64,000 bases of DNA from Hypanus sabinus (lineage: Eukaryota). Where the stretch lies: positions 30,132,001 to 30,196,000 of the forward strand of contig NC_082721.1 in NCBI RefSeq assembly GCF_030144855.1, given 5' to 3'. The notes beneath the pieces were generated by a model. It did not search any database, had not been told where the DNA came from, and saw nothing but the letters and a program-made list of their open reading frames with translations. Shown here piece after piece: positions 51,668 through 64,000 of this stretch. Position 1 is the first letter of the stretch. Each line of letters opens with the position of its first letter. A program made the translations under genes and the position numbers.

Positions 51668-52994
51668 CTAAGAAAAGAGATTACAGCTCAGACAAGTTGC
51701 AACATCTAGTCCTTTGAAAATAAATTCACATGACTTTTGAGATGGACTGAGTGCATGGCACATTTCCTTCAGACCTAAATGGAGGAGAAACTTATCGGAG
51801 TAAAGTTTATTATCACCGATATATGTTGTGAAATTTGTTGTTTTGCGGCAACAGAACAGTACCAGACAAAAATAACTATATGTTACAAAAGTAAATAGAG
51901 TGCAAAAGATGGATAATAAGGTAGTGTTCATGGATCATTAAGAAATCTGGTGATAGAGGACAAGAAGCTGGTCCTAAAACACAGTGTCCAAATCATCTTG
52001 AACACTGAGGTGGCTTCAGGATTACTCCCTCCTACCTACCAATATTTTGAATTTCCAAACCATAATGTTTCATTGGATAATAAAATCTCAGAGTTGTGAT
52101 TAATGCTGGGGCTGAGCGAAGGTATTCCTCAAAACCTAGTTTCTTGTTTCTGGCCTTTTACCTAAACTCCATGATAAGGAATTTCCTATGTGGGTACAAA
52201 TGCGAAACTACACATGGTGATGTGCCTGATTCATTTTAACCTTGACAGGAAATTTGTGTACAGTAGTTATAGGCGATCTCATTGGTACACATTGTAATAT
52301 GCATATAGCAAAAATCAGTTTAAACAGTTAGGATCCAAACAAGTGCCAATTTGTGTCCTATATTCCTCATGGTATGACAAAGACTAAACTATCCATCATT
52401 CACAAATATTAGACATATGGCATGTTTAACAATAAGAACATGATACTTTGGGACAAACTCAATTAACCTTAATGATATAAAATGGTTGATATCAAGTGGC
52501 CAGCTGATTTCTATTGCAAGTGATTGCTTGCCAGTTTTTTTAAACCACTTTTGTATTGTTATACAAAAATAAAATTACTACATTCCTGTACCTAAAAAAT
52601 GAATTCAAAGGCACGGAAATATATAATACATGTTCCAGTATGGTTATTTTTAAATTACAATAAAGTGCCAGAGATATTATTCTTTCAAAGCATGGGCTTA
52701 TTGTAATGTCTTTTAGAACCAGTGTGGCTGCATGGGAACAGAGTGTGGCTTTCTAACCTGGAGAGAAATTATTGGTCCATGGAGAAGGTATTCCCCAATC
52801 TAATGGCTTTCTTTATAAGTCTTATTGAAAGTGGCTGCAGTGTTAATGGGTACATTGGTTGTAATCTATCACAATCCCCTGGGTTCTGGAAAGAACTGGA
52901 GAACTGCAAAAGTAATGCCACTCTTCAAGGCCAGTTAGCCTACCTGTTGTAGTGTCATCACTAACTACAGCCACTTTGTTCAATTCAAAAGAGA

Positions 52995-54700
52995 ATATCC
53001 CTAATTGGCTGAATTAATTTGATTAAAATGAAGATTCTTCCTAAATGTTTGTATCTTTTTCAGGCCTTACCTATTTTTATTCCTAAGACGTACTTTGATT
53101 CTTTAGATTCAATTTTAACCTCTTATATTTGGAATAATAAACGTTTAAGTAAAGTTTACTTACAAAGAAATAAAGAGATGGGTGGACTAGCCCTACCCAA
53201 TTTTAGGTTTTACTATTGGGCTGCCAATATAAGGAATATTACTTTCTGGTCCTATTATATTTATCGTAAAGATTGCCCATCATGGGTCTCCTTAGAAGTT
53301 AATTCTGTAAAAATTTCCTCTATTATCTCTCTTCTTGGATCATACTCTTCTTTTTCAGCAAATGAAACAACAGATAACATAATTGTTAAGCAAACTTTAA
53401 GGATCTGGTCTCAATTTAGAAAATTTTTTTGGTTTAGCGAATTTTTCATTATCATCTCCCATTCTCCTTAATTATTTTTATATCCCTTCCATGACTGATA
53501 AAATCTTTAAAGATTGGGATGAATTAGGTATTAAGTGTTTTTGGGACCTGTTTATCTCAGGATCTCTTGTTTCATTTGACCAATTGTCAAATAAATTTGC
53601 ACTCCCAGAATCACATTTTTACAGATACCTTCAAATTAGAGATTTTCTACATTTCCAGTTAGCTACTTTTCCTATAGGTCCTGATAAAAATTTACTGGAC
53701 GATCTTTTAAATTTAAAACCTTTTGTTAATGGTTCTATTACCGGTATCTATACCTTGTTGATTGATTCTAGACAAGACTTTATAGATAAAATAAAAAAAG
53801 CTTGGGAGGATGACCTAAATTGTCAGATTTCTTATGATAGATGGAATAAAATTCTTATATGGGTTAATAAACCATCTTTCTGAGCTCGTCATTCTCTTCT
53901 ACAATTTAAAGTGGTTCATAGAGCTTACATTTCTAAACAGAAGCTCTCCAGTTTTTACCCGAATGTTTCTCCACTTTGTAATAAATGCAACTCTGCTGAT
54001 GCCTCTTTAATTCATATGTTTTGGTTTTGCCCTACAATTGAAAAGTTTTGGCGGGAAGTATTTCATACCATCTCTCAACTTTTTAGGGTCCAATTTGACC
54101 CAAATCCCCTTACTGCCTTGTTTGGTATTATGAAGATATAATTTTAAATACTCCTAACCTACAGGTTTTAGTTTTTACCTCTCTTTTAGCAAGAAGAGCA
54201 ATCTTGCTTAAATGGAAGGAGTCTACCCCTCCTACACATCTTCAATGGCTACGTGATATTATGTCGTATTTAAATTTAGAAAAGTTCCGCTGCTCAGTCT
54301 TAAATTCGAAACAATCTTTTTGTGATATTTGGGGACCTTTCCTAAATTACTTTTACAATTTATAAAGTTTAACAGTGCACAGACTTTTATGTATATTTTT
54401 ATCTTCTCTTCTTAAGTGAATATGTTTTTTTTCTAATTATCCATTGTCATCCATCAGCTTTTTTCTTTGATAGTTGGTAGGGGGTTGACTTTTTATATGT
54501 ATAAAAAATTTATTTTATGATGTATGACCTACCTTTAATTTTTTGATTACAGAGTGGTATACCTTTATGTGTTATGCTATAACATTTTGATCAATTTTAT
54601 TACAATATATGAATGTACACAAATTATGTTGAGATGTATCTATGTGTTGCACTCTGTAAATTTTTTTCTGAATAAAAATATTATAAAAAGAAAAAAAAGA
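52995..54700 (+). mobile_element. 3' fragment of L1/Tx1-clade LINE in ADMP intron 2
   Basis: GGLALPNFRFYYWAANIRN and CNKC...HMFWFC; AATAAA plus A-rich tail; related to the 41-44 kb copy. Confidence 0.88.
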
Positions 54701-55399
54701 GAGAAAATGCTGGAAAAACTCGGGTTGTTCAAGCAGCATCTGTGAAAAGAAAAAAATCAACGTTTTGTAACCTGCTAAGTTTTTCCAATATATTCTGCTT
54801 TTACTTCAGATTTCCAGCATCTGGAGTTTTTCCCCCCAAATCAAATCTGCAATACTCACAGGTCATTGGTCAGTTATTGTCATGGCTTGAGGATTAGTTG
54901 TTGCATGATTCAGTAAGACCAATACTTTGTGTCTTCCCTCTCTGAGTTTTCCCTCACCTGCATGGCAGTTATTTCTGCAGCTGTTCAGTAGCCACCATTG
55001 CCCTGCTGGCTCACTTCCCAGTGATCAGTGGGGCAAAGGTATGACAATTGTTACTGCAGCTCCCTCAGAGCTCCTGTTTTCTCTGATTGCCCACACACCA
55101 AATCTTTCACTTCTCCTTTTTTCCTTTCTGGGTTTCTTTGTAATGCAGTCTCTCCATCTGTGTGCAAAAGACCTTTTGATAGATTTTTGCCTAATTTCAA
55201 TATTTTTGTGTAGAATTAGAGTGAGTCTAGCAGGACAGAGGAGAGGGTCCAACTTCTGGGCATAAACATCTGACATTCAAAAGACATATCGAAGCTAATA
55301 AAAATTAATCAAACAAAAATTGGTTATTTATTGCTTTTTAACAATTATTTAAACACATTCACACCATTTGAAACAGATCTAAGAGCAGGGACCACTTCA

Positions 55400-55740
55400 T
55401 CAAGCACCTACCCGGTGTCCCTGCCCACTCAGGCCTTTTCCCTCTTCTCACCTGCCTCTCACTTCCCCCATGGCCCTCCTCCTATGGTCCACTCTTCTCT
55501 CCTATCACATTCCTTCCTTTCCAGCCCTTTATCTTTCCTACCCACCTGGTTTACCTATCAACCTTCCAACTATCCCCTTCCCCGCCCCTTTTATCCTGGC
55601 GTCTTCCCTCTTCCTTTCCAGTCCTCAGGAAGGGTCTCCGCCGGAACTGTCATTTCCATGCATGCTGCCTGACCTGCGGAGTTCCTCCAGCATGTTGTGG
55701 GTGTTGCTCTGGATTTTCAGCATCTGCCCAATTTCTTATG
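55400..55740 (+). mobile_element. PLE 3' end and terminal-repeat fragment in ADMP intron 2
   Basis: Pyrimidine-rich 3' region, then a decayed hammerhead (CAGTCCTCAGGAAGGGTCTC) and GATGCTGCC-like terminal repeat. Confidence 0.6.
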
Positions 55741-56309
55741 TTGACGTTTAACATTTGTTCTCCATGGATTTCAACCTCGGTACCAAGTCTCTGAGCGTAT
55801 TTCCCAGTCTCAAGGTTGCAAAATGCAAAGAAATTCAGCTGCAAAATAATTACCTACAAGACCCATAACTAAACTTTACATAAGTTTGAAGTAGCTTTAT
55901 GCTCGGATGCCCTGAGGAGAAACACACCGAGAAATTCACCCACCTGGGAAACATATTTAAAACCACGCTACCAAGACCTCTTCTCGACTTAGGCTTTTCC
56001 CTCCAATTCCTTACTTTTGCTTTTTTCCTGTTTATTCCTAAATGTGCTTTATCTTAATGTCTGCCATTCGCCTATTTGCTGGGATTCTTTTAGCGTTCTC
56101 TGTAGCAGAACCTCTGCCTCGGTTTTCAGCCCCTGCACCACCCACCTCTCTCACTGACCCGAAACATCCACTGAGCATCTCTCCACCACCTCCAACACAC
56201 AGGGTCTGCCCGACCACTGAGTTCTTCCAGCAATTGCTTTTGCCCTCTCGCTCAGGTTTGCGGCGGGAAAGAGGCTGCGGGGTGGACGGAGCTAACAGAC
56301 ACCTCTTAC

Positions 56310-56452
56310 CTGACAAAGGTGGTGCTTACGCTGCCCGAGATCCTGGGACGGGCGACCTCGCAGTTTGAAGAGATGCAGCTCGGCGGTCAAGATCGTCTCG
56401 CTCTTGGCCACACTGGACAGGTTGAAGAAGAACACGAACTGCTGGTTACGTG
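56310..56452 (-). CDS. ADMP: ADMP exon 2 (ARNQQFVFFFNLSSVAKSETILTAELHLFKLR...HHLCQ)
   Basis: Acceptor TTCCTCAG, donor CAG|GTAAGA, 143 nt; TGF-beta propeptide motif FNLS...AELHLF. Confidence 0.92.
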
Positions 56453-56552
56453 CTGAGGAAAGCAAGCATAGAAAGCGGAGAGGTCAGTGCAGCCGGTGGT
56501 GGCCAGGAACGGTCCCTGAGCACTGGGCATCAGTCGGGAGAAGGGCTCTCAC

Positions 56553-56832
56553 CTCGATCCAGGAAGCTGCGCACCGTGTTTCCCACCAGCAGGTCGGGCT
56601 CTTTGGTCACCCCATCCGCATCTGCCACCGTGTTGTACAGGTCCAGCATGTACTGGGGAGGTTGGCGTAGCTTATGAGGCGACGGCGGCGCATCTTCCAT
56701 CCCGAACACCTCCAACAACCTCTTAAGTGCCTTGGACCGTATCTGTCGGCTCTGGCCGGGTAGGCTGACGGTGTTACCCGGTCCCGAGGACACGAGCAGG
56801 AGAAGCAGCAAGGCAAGGGCACCCGGACACAT
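56553..56832 (-). CDS. ADMP: Anti-dorsalizing morphogenetic protein, exon 1 (signal peptide and start of prodomain)
   Basis: GCCATG at 56832; MCPGALALLLLLLVSSG signal peptide; ALKRLLEVFGM and PPQYMLDLYNTVADADGVTK...GNTVRSFLD; donor G|GTGAGA. Confidence 0.92.
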
Positions 56833-57899
56833 GGCGAGAGACGGGGGAGCAGGATGGTGGTCACGGAGGGAGCCGCAATATATCCGCATCCTTCCCTCCC
56901 CGTGTAGCGCATCGCGGCCAATTAGTAGGTGAGAGGCTCGGGGCCTCCCTGCTAACGAGGTGTGAGCGACCCCCTAAAGCCAGGAAACACCTCGCTCCTG
57001 ACCCTGCAATACACAAGTATCGAGTGACCCCGCAGAGACACCCCGCCGCTTCTCTCTATCCTGAGTGTACTCGCACAGTCGGGGCCGCTTGCTGACCCCT
57101 CGAGTGGCCAACTTCTACTAATTGGACCATTAGCTATACAAACAGAGAGCACCGGCGTTACCGAGATGGAGCGAATTAAAGAGATTGAGGCAGCGAAGAG
57201 TCGTGTATTCAGATAGAATCAGAACCAGGCTTATTATCCGAGACATAGGTATGCCCTGAAATGTGCTGTTTTGTGGCGGCAGTACCTTGCAAGGCATAAT
57301 ATTTACTGAAAGTTACGAATAGTGTAAGATACCAAGAAGGAGGTAGTATTCATGGACCATTCAGAGCCTGATGGTGGAGGGCAAGGAGATGTTCTTAAAG
57401 CGTTAAATGCATGTCCTCAGGCTCCTATATCACTTCCTCCTATGTGGTAAGGTGAATGTCCTGGGTGGAGAGGGTCTTAAATGATGGGTGCCCCATTCTT
57501 GAGGCACCAGCTCCTAGAGATGTCCTGGATAGCTGGGAGGGTTGTGGAAACGACGGAGCTGTGCAGCCAGTCAGAATCTCTCCACCAAACACCTGTAGAA
57601 ATTTGCAATTGGCCTTGCAGCCCACTAAACTCACAACTCTCAAACACTAAATCCAAGGAAAAGGTTCATGGGGGGGGGGGGGCGGACTGCATGAAGTTGA
57701 ATTTATTGTCATATGAATAAGTACAGTGAGATACAGGTACATTTGATAAGCATCAACATCACCGGTTCAGACAGCACATGGAATATAAATTACACCTGGC
57801 AGTGGGAATGAAAGGTTTAAAGAGTTTGGGTCAGAGAGGGATGCACAATACTCTCAGAAAGAGATTGGTTGTGAGTGAGAGAAGTTCTTGGTCTATCTT

Positions 57900-58115
57900 A
57901 AACACAAGAAATTCTGCAGATGTTGGAATGTAGAGTGGATGCTGGAGGCACTCAGCAGGTCGGGCTTATGGAAAGGAATAACGGTTGACATTTTGAGCTG
58001 ACCCTTTGTCAGTGCTAATGAAGGTTTGGGACAGGTGGGACAGTCCTGATCTCTACCTGAAACGTTGACTCTTTATTCCTTTCCATAGATGCTACCTGAG
58101 TTCCTCTAGCTTTTT
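57900..58115. mobile_element. Degenerate PLE-derived fold-back element
   Basis: Terminal-repeat sequence in both orientations with a hammerhead remnant (CAGTCCTGA...CCTGAAACGTTGACT). Confidence 0.6.
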
Positions 58116-58669
58116 ATCTGGGTTCTTATCAGAAGTTCCTGGGCTGGTGCAGGCTCTAACTGAGGGCTCTGGTATAAAGGCAATGAGCTGTTTGCCTCCT
58201 GACCTCTCTTCAGGTGGCTTTCACACTCTTAGCATGGTCCAAAGTCATTCTGCTTTACGAATGCATCTTTGCAGTTGATGTGCTGCGGAAAAGTCAATGG
58301 ATAATTTTCACACCACCAGATCCCACAAGTGGAAATACTTGGGGTTAAGGAGTCAATAAAAGTATTGGTAATAACATGGAAAGGAACAGAGTTGGGAGTT
58401 ACAATTAAGAGAAAGAGGCAACAGGAGCGCACAGTTGGTAAGGCTGCTCCAGTTACTCAACTTCTATCCTGACCTCTAGTGCTGACAATCTGGAAATTAT
58501 ATGTTCTTCCTAAAAACCACATTTGTTTTTGCTGGTGGTCCAGTTTCTTACACATCCTAAAGATGTGCTGGTTCCAGGTTAATATGCCATTGTAACTTGC
58601 CCCTAGTGTAGGTGTATGGCAAGACAATCCGCAGAGTAGAAGAGCGTAGATCAAGTTACTGTGAACCAG

Positions 58670-60605
58670 AGAACTTTACAACACAGTACAGGCCCTTCAG
58701 CCCACGATGTGGTGCTAATCTTTCAGCCTAGTCCAAGATCAATTTAACCCTTCCCTCCCACATAACCCTCCATTTTTCTTTCATCCATGTGCCTATGGAG
58801 TGAGAGAAAACCAGAGCACAGAGACAGGCCCTTCGGCCCATCTAGCCCATGCCAAGTTGTTATTCTGCCTGGTCCCATCAGCCTGCACCTGGACTATAGC
58901 CTTCCATTCGTGTACTTATCCAAATTTCTCTTAAATGTTGAAATCAGAGCACAATCCACCATTTCTGCTGGCAGCTCATTCCACGCTCTCACCATCTTCT
59001 GAGTAAAGATGTTTCCTTTCATGTTCCCCTTAAACATTTCACCATTCACCCTTAACTCATGATCTCTAATTCTATTCTCACCCATCCTCAATGAGGAAAA
59101 AACTGCTTGCATTTACCCTATCTATACCCCTCATAATTTTGTACATCTCTATCAAATCTTCCCCTAATCCTAAAGTCTTAACCTTTCCCTATAACTCAGC
59201 TCCTCAGGCTGAGACAACATCCTTGTAAATTTTCTCTGCACTCTTTCAGTCTTATAGACATCTTTACTACACACAGCACTCCAAATGATGCCTCACCAAA
59301 GTCTTAAAAATCTTCAAGATAACATCTCAACACTTATACTCAATACTTTGATTTCTGAAGGTTAATGTGCCAAAAGCTTTCTTTAACCACTCTATCTACC
59401 TTCACGGAATTATGCATTTGTATTCCCAAATCCCTCTGTTCTACTGCACTCCTCAGTGCTCTATCGCTCACCATGTAAGCTTTCCCTGGTGTGTGTTTGC
59501 CTCCCAAAGTGCAACAGCTCACACTTGTCTGCATTAAATTCCATAAGACCAGGAGCAGAATTAGGCCATTCAGCACATCAGGTCTGCTCTGTCATTCCAT
59601 TATGGCCAATTTATTATCCCGCTCAACACCATTCTTCTGCCTTCTCCCTGTAACCGTTGACACCCTGATTAATGAAGAACCTATCAACCTCCCCCTTAAG
59701 TACACCCAATGACCTGACTTCCACAGCCGTCTGTAGCAATGAATTCCACAGATTCACCACCCTCTGGCTAAAGATATTTCTTCTCTTCTCCATTCTAATT
59801 CAATTCTGAGGCTCTGCCCTTTGGTCCTAGATTCCCCTACTATAGGAAACATCCTCTCCATATCCACTCTAACTGGACCTTTCAATATATTGATAGGTTT
59901 CAATGAGATCCCCCATCATTCTACTAAACTCCAGCCCAGAGCCATAAAATGCTCCTCACTTGTTAACCCTTTCATTACTGGGATCTTCCTCGTGAACCTC
60001 CTCTGGATTCTCTCCAATGCCAACATTTAGAATATGGGCTTCAAACTGCTCTCAATCCTCCAACTGCAGTTTGACTAATGCCTGATAAAGCCTCAACAGT
60101 ACATTTTAGTTTTTAATATTCTAGTGCTCTCAACATGAACGCTAACATTTCATTTGCTACCAACTCAACCTGCAAGTTAACTTTTAGGGAATCTTGCAAG
60201 AGGACTCCCAAGTACCTTTGCACATCAGATTTTTGAATTTTCTTCCCCTTTTACAAAACAGTCTACAACTTTATTCCTTCCACCTAAGTGCATGACCATG
60301 CACTTCCCTACACTGTATTCCATCTGCCAGTTCGTTGCCCATTTCCCCAGTCTGTCTAAAGTCCTTCTGCAGACACCCTGCTTCCTCAACACTACCTGCT
60401 CTTCCACCTATTTACCTTTGTATTGTCCACAAACTTGCCCACAAAACCATCAATTCCTTTATCCAAATCATTGACATACAACGTGAAAAGAATTAGTCTC
60501 AACATTGACCACTGTGGCACAACACTAGTGGCTGGCAGCCAACCTGAAAAGGCCCTCTTTATTCACATGCTTTCCCTCCTGCCATTCAGCCAATCTTCTG
60601 TCCAT
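58670..60605 (-). mobile_element. Nested CR1-type LINE 3' fragments
   Basis: FTQKMVRAWNELP and LDRLGKWATNWQMEYSVGKCMVMHLG motifs; several 3' tails. Confidence 0.75.
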
Positions 60606-60609
60606 TAAA

Positions 60610-60760
60610 CCCACACAAAATGCTGGAGGAACTCAGCAGGCCAGGCAGCACCTATGGAAAAGAGTGAACAGTTAATGTTTCAGCCAAGACCTTTCATCAG
60701 GACTGGGGGAAGAAAAACCAGAGTAAGAAGATGGGGGTGGGGGGGGGGGAGAGAGGAAGT
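60610..60760 (-). mobile_element. PLE terminal-repeat fragment with decayed hammerhead
   Basis: ACACAAAATGCTGGAGGAACTCAGCAGGCCAGGCAGC...TTTCAGCC...TCATCAGGACTG. Confidence 0.65.
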
Positions 60761-61774
60761 GCTTTTGTGCATTGAATTGCTGCCAGATGTTTGGCTGATT
60801 AGCTAATCTAATAAAGTGGCCACTGAGTATATTTGTCAGATAAATATCCACCTTCCTTTGCTTTTAACATTTCATCCAAATGACTGTGTTCATATTAGAG
60901 CAACTCTTCTTCACAGCGGGAACTGAACCCACAATCATCTTACGCAAAGGGCTATGGTGCAACCTCTGAGCCACTCAACCTCAGGTAGGTGTGGAGATGA
61001 GGTATCTGACACGAGAGTTAAGCTTTACAAAGGGTTAACCTGCTTGTGGGGTCATCACTGCAGAATTTTGTAATGATCAACAACCGGATTTATCTAAGCC
61101 CTAGTTTAAAAAGCTAACAGGACTTTGAAGAACTAAGTGCCAAAATCTGTGGAACAGATCAACATAGGAAACAAGGGCAAGAAAAGGGAAAGTTTGGAAA
61201 CACTGGGAGAAGTAAAAATACATAGACGGACAGAAAGGCCACATAAAGGCATTGACGACTAGCTTATCTACATAACAATCTGCAATTCTTATATCTGTTT
61301 TGGTTCAAGTTTTGTAATTTTATATTTTGCAGTTTTTATTTCTGATTAGGATGAGAATTCTTGATCAACCTGGAACAAGATTAAATACAAAATTTAAATT
61401 AAAGCCACACTTTAATTTTATCATATGCATTTAATATCTTCAATATATCTCAACATTTTAACAAGTTGATTTGAATTCCTTTCACTTTCCCTGGGCCCTG
61501 AAATCACAACAATTTATAACCATTTATTAAATATGTAAATATTTTCATTAATGTTATTGGAAGTTCTGTCAGAAGTTTTATGTTATAAGATCAGAAATAT
61601 AAAAGACAAGAAATGACTACAGGATAAATAAGAAAAAGATGAATTCTTACAGGTTTATGTAAAATGCTTGTTGAATTTCGGAACAGTTTCAATTGAGGCC
61701 AGGGTTGACCAAGGATATTCCATGCCAGCTGTCTATCTATGTGTCCCAGGCAGTAAGATACGAAGAGTAAGCTG

Positions 61775-62235
61775 TTGCCCATGTAACAGACTACCCCCTT
61801 CCTCACAGCTGATGAATCCAAAGTAACAGCGGAGACTGATACTGTTTGGCACCAGCGGCATTGCTGCAGTTGCCAATCAGTATTGGATTTTTTCCCTCAG
61901 GGTTTACTTCTGAAGCTTTTCCCATGAGTGGTAGAGCCACTAGGCAGTGAAGGTTTGAGATCAGAGCTTTCCTTCTCCTAGATGAGCTGCCTACCATGGC
62001 TAATGAGCTCCATCTGCCTGAAGTGACTGGTTTTAAGGTGCCGGTAACCCACTTTTGCCGCTTCTCCTGTCAGTAGAAACGGTTCTGCCAGGCTTAGTAG
62101 CTAAGCTACACATGAAGGCCAAGAGCTTGACTTGGTTGTCAGAAGCTATTTGAGATACACAACATTGGGAGCATTTAATAGGTAGTGGGAGCTTATTCCT
62201 AATGCCACCCACTGACTAGAACAACATTAATGAAC
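61775..62235 (-). mobile_element. RTE-clade retroelement 5' region fragment
   Basis: Minus strand GGAGAAGGAAAGCTCTGATCTCAAACCTTCACTGCC...CTCATGGGAAAAGCTTC...GTAAACCCTGAGG resembles recalled vertebrate RTE 5' UTRs. Confidence 0.45.
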
Positions 62236-64000
62236 CCAACAGTTTCAATAAAGATCAGCATTTAGATCAGTCTTTTTTTTTGCATTACTTTAAAAATTGG
62301 TAAGTTTTCTCAGGTACAGTTTGAAAATTTCGTTGACATAACCTTGAAAGATTTCTTCAAACAGACCTGGAATAACTGAGAGGATGAAGTATCATGGCTT
62401 TATACAAATAAATCAATGTGTAAACCATAACCTAACAAATAGCTTAAAAAGTAAAAATCTACCTCTGTCATTCTTGGTCTTGAAAAATTCAATTGGTCCA
62501 TCACCCTTCTGGGTAAATCCTATGTTTCCACTAATCTTTCCACAGAAACCTTGCTTCCTGATTTCACTTTGGAATGGCATAAATCTAAATTAATGGTCAT
62601 GTTTATAGTCTCAGACCTGAGATATTAATTTTGCTTCTGCCTCCACAGATGATCTGCCGAGTATTTCTAGCTTTTTCACCTTTTGTTATGGATTCCCATT
62701 ATAGAAAAACCTTGTCAAATTATTTTATTACAGCAAACAGCTCAACAAAGTCAGCCTCAACTTTTATACTCAAAGGAATAGAAAGCAACTAGTTATCATA
62801 AATGAACACTTGAGCTCCCAGTATCTTGTAAATTAATACTGAAGGCTGGTATCTCCTGAGATACAAAGGTTGGAATATAAAGCAAGTACTCCAGATGCCA
62901 TCTGTTGAAGTCACTGTAACAAAACTTCTCCCCATTGTACCTTAGCTCCTTTGAGGCCCTCATTTTTAATAGCACCATTGATTAAATTTTATACTTGCCT
63001 GTTAAATTAGAAAGTTTTTGTCAAAAATATAAACATGCCAAAATGAATATAGATTTTATTGTGTTTCAACTTTGCAGATGAAAGGATAGAGAATTTGTGG
63101 TTTGCAGCAGTGTCACATCATAAAACAAAATGTTTATGCCTCGATACAATGGGTAATTATGTCCTTTATAAGTTTAGTCCCATGAAGATATTTACAATCT
63201 TATCACAGCTGATTTGTTATGAAGGTCTCTGTTATGTTCCTGGAGTACATGATGCAGTTGAATACTGAAATTGACAAGAAATCCCCCAAGGTCAGTGCTA
63301 GAATCTATGTAGTTCTTTTTAATAATTAAGTAAATTGGATATTAGAATAAAAATCACAACTTGCAAATAATATTCAACTTAGCAAATTGAAAGAAAAACA
63401 ATAAGTTGGCTGCAACAGGACAAGAGTAGATAACAAGAATAGGCAGACATGGCTGGTGGAATGTTACACAGGACATGCATTTTGGCAGGAGTTGAAGAAC
63501 AGTAATATATGTAATGGCAAGAAGTGAAGGGATGGGGATTCAAATGCATAGATCTTTGAAGGTGGTGGGACTTTAAGGAAAGCAGTTAGCAAAGCATGCG
63601 AGAAGTTCATTTTCATTTTGAGTATAAACGCCGAGAAGTTACGGTAATTTTTTTTTCATAAAACTCCAGGTAGACCTCAACCAGTTAATTGCATTCATTT
63701 CTGATCAACATACTTTAAGGAATGATGCAAAGAACTGTCAATGGGTGGGAAGACATTAGCCAAAATTCCTTCCAGAAGTGAAGGATTTTAGATAAAAAGT
63801 CAGGTGAGAAAAGCTAAGGCCATGGTCCCCATGGCAAAGAGGATGGAGAGATTTGCTGGAAGCACAAGATTCTGACAGTTTAGATAAAGAAAAGTGGTTT
63901 CCAATGTGACTGTGCAAGGAGCTAAGGGTGTAAGTTGAAGGTTTTGGACGGATGGCCTCTTGTACTGGAACGACTTATCACTTCATATTGTGTCAGTAAA

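Noticed and set aside
56038-57152. Multiple overlapping ORFs around ADMP exons 1-2 as extra genes
   Set aside because: Expected by-product of GC-rich, stop-poor sequence; no independent coding signal.
1340-60760. Recurrent ACACAAAATGCTGGAGGAACTCAGCAGG repeat as a CRISPR-like array or MITE terminal repeat
   Set aside because: Eukaryotic, dispersed, in both orientations, attached to GIY-YIG ORFs and with variable-length TSDs; it is a PLE terminal repeat.
62796-63268. Short ORFs as pinhead or other exons
   Set aside because: No cystine-knot pattern, recognisable homology or convincing splice pair.

Overview
Eukaryotic, repeat-rich vertebrate genomic DNA. The HE1/V-SINE, CR1, Rex1 and Penelope repeat mix plus an intact admp gene suggest a cartilaginous fish, probably a ray (inference). 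Four spliced genes could be rebuilt by hand with phase-consistent splice sites: NDUFA11 (minus; exons 1-3, last exon not found and probably off-window), an NIM1K-like kinase (minus; 3 coding exons, 435 aa), POLE4 (plus; 4 exons, 118 aa, one GC-AG intron) and ADMP (minus; 5 exons, 375 aa). Most of the rest is retroelement and DNA-transposon debris. The strongest non-genic signal is a dispersed terminal repeat of Penelope-like elements (PLEs) carrying a minimal type I hammerhead ribozyme core (CUGANGA-helix II-GAAA-(C/U)GUH). It occurs on longer PLE copies and as about 170-210 bp fold-back mini-elements with 13-16 bp target-site duplications (TSDs); several copies sit in introns, some on the host sense strand next to splice sites. 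The NIM1K-like kinase has Met in place of the activation-loop Thr. All identifications come from reading the sequence and recalled family motifs; no database search was run, and repeat boundaries are approximate.
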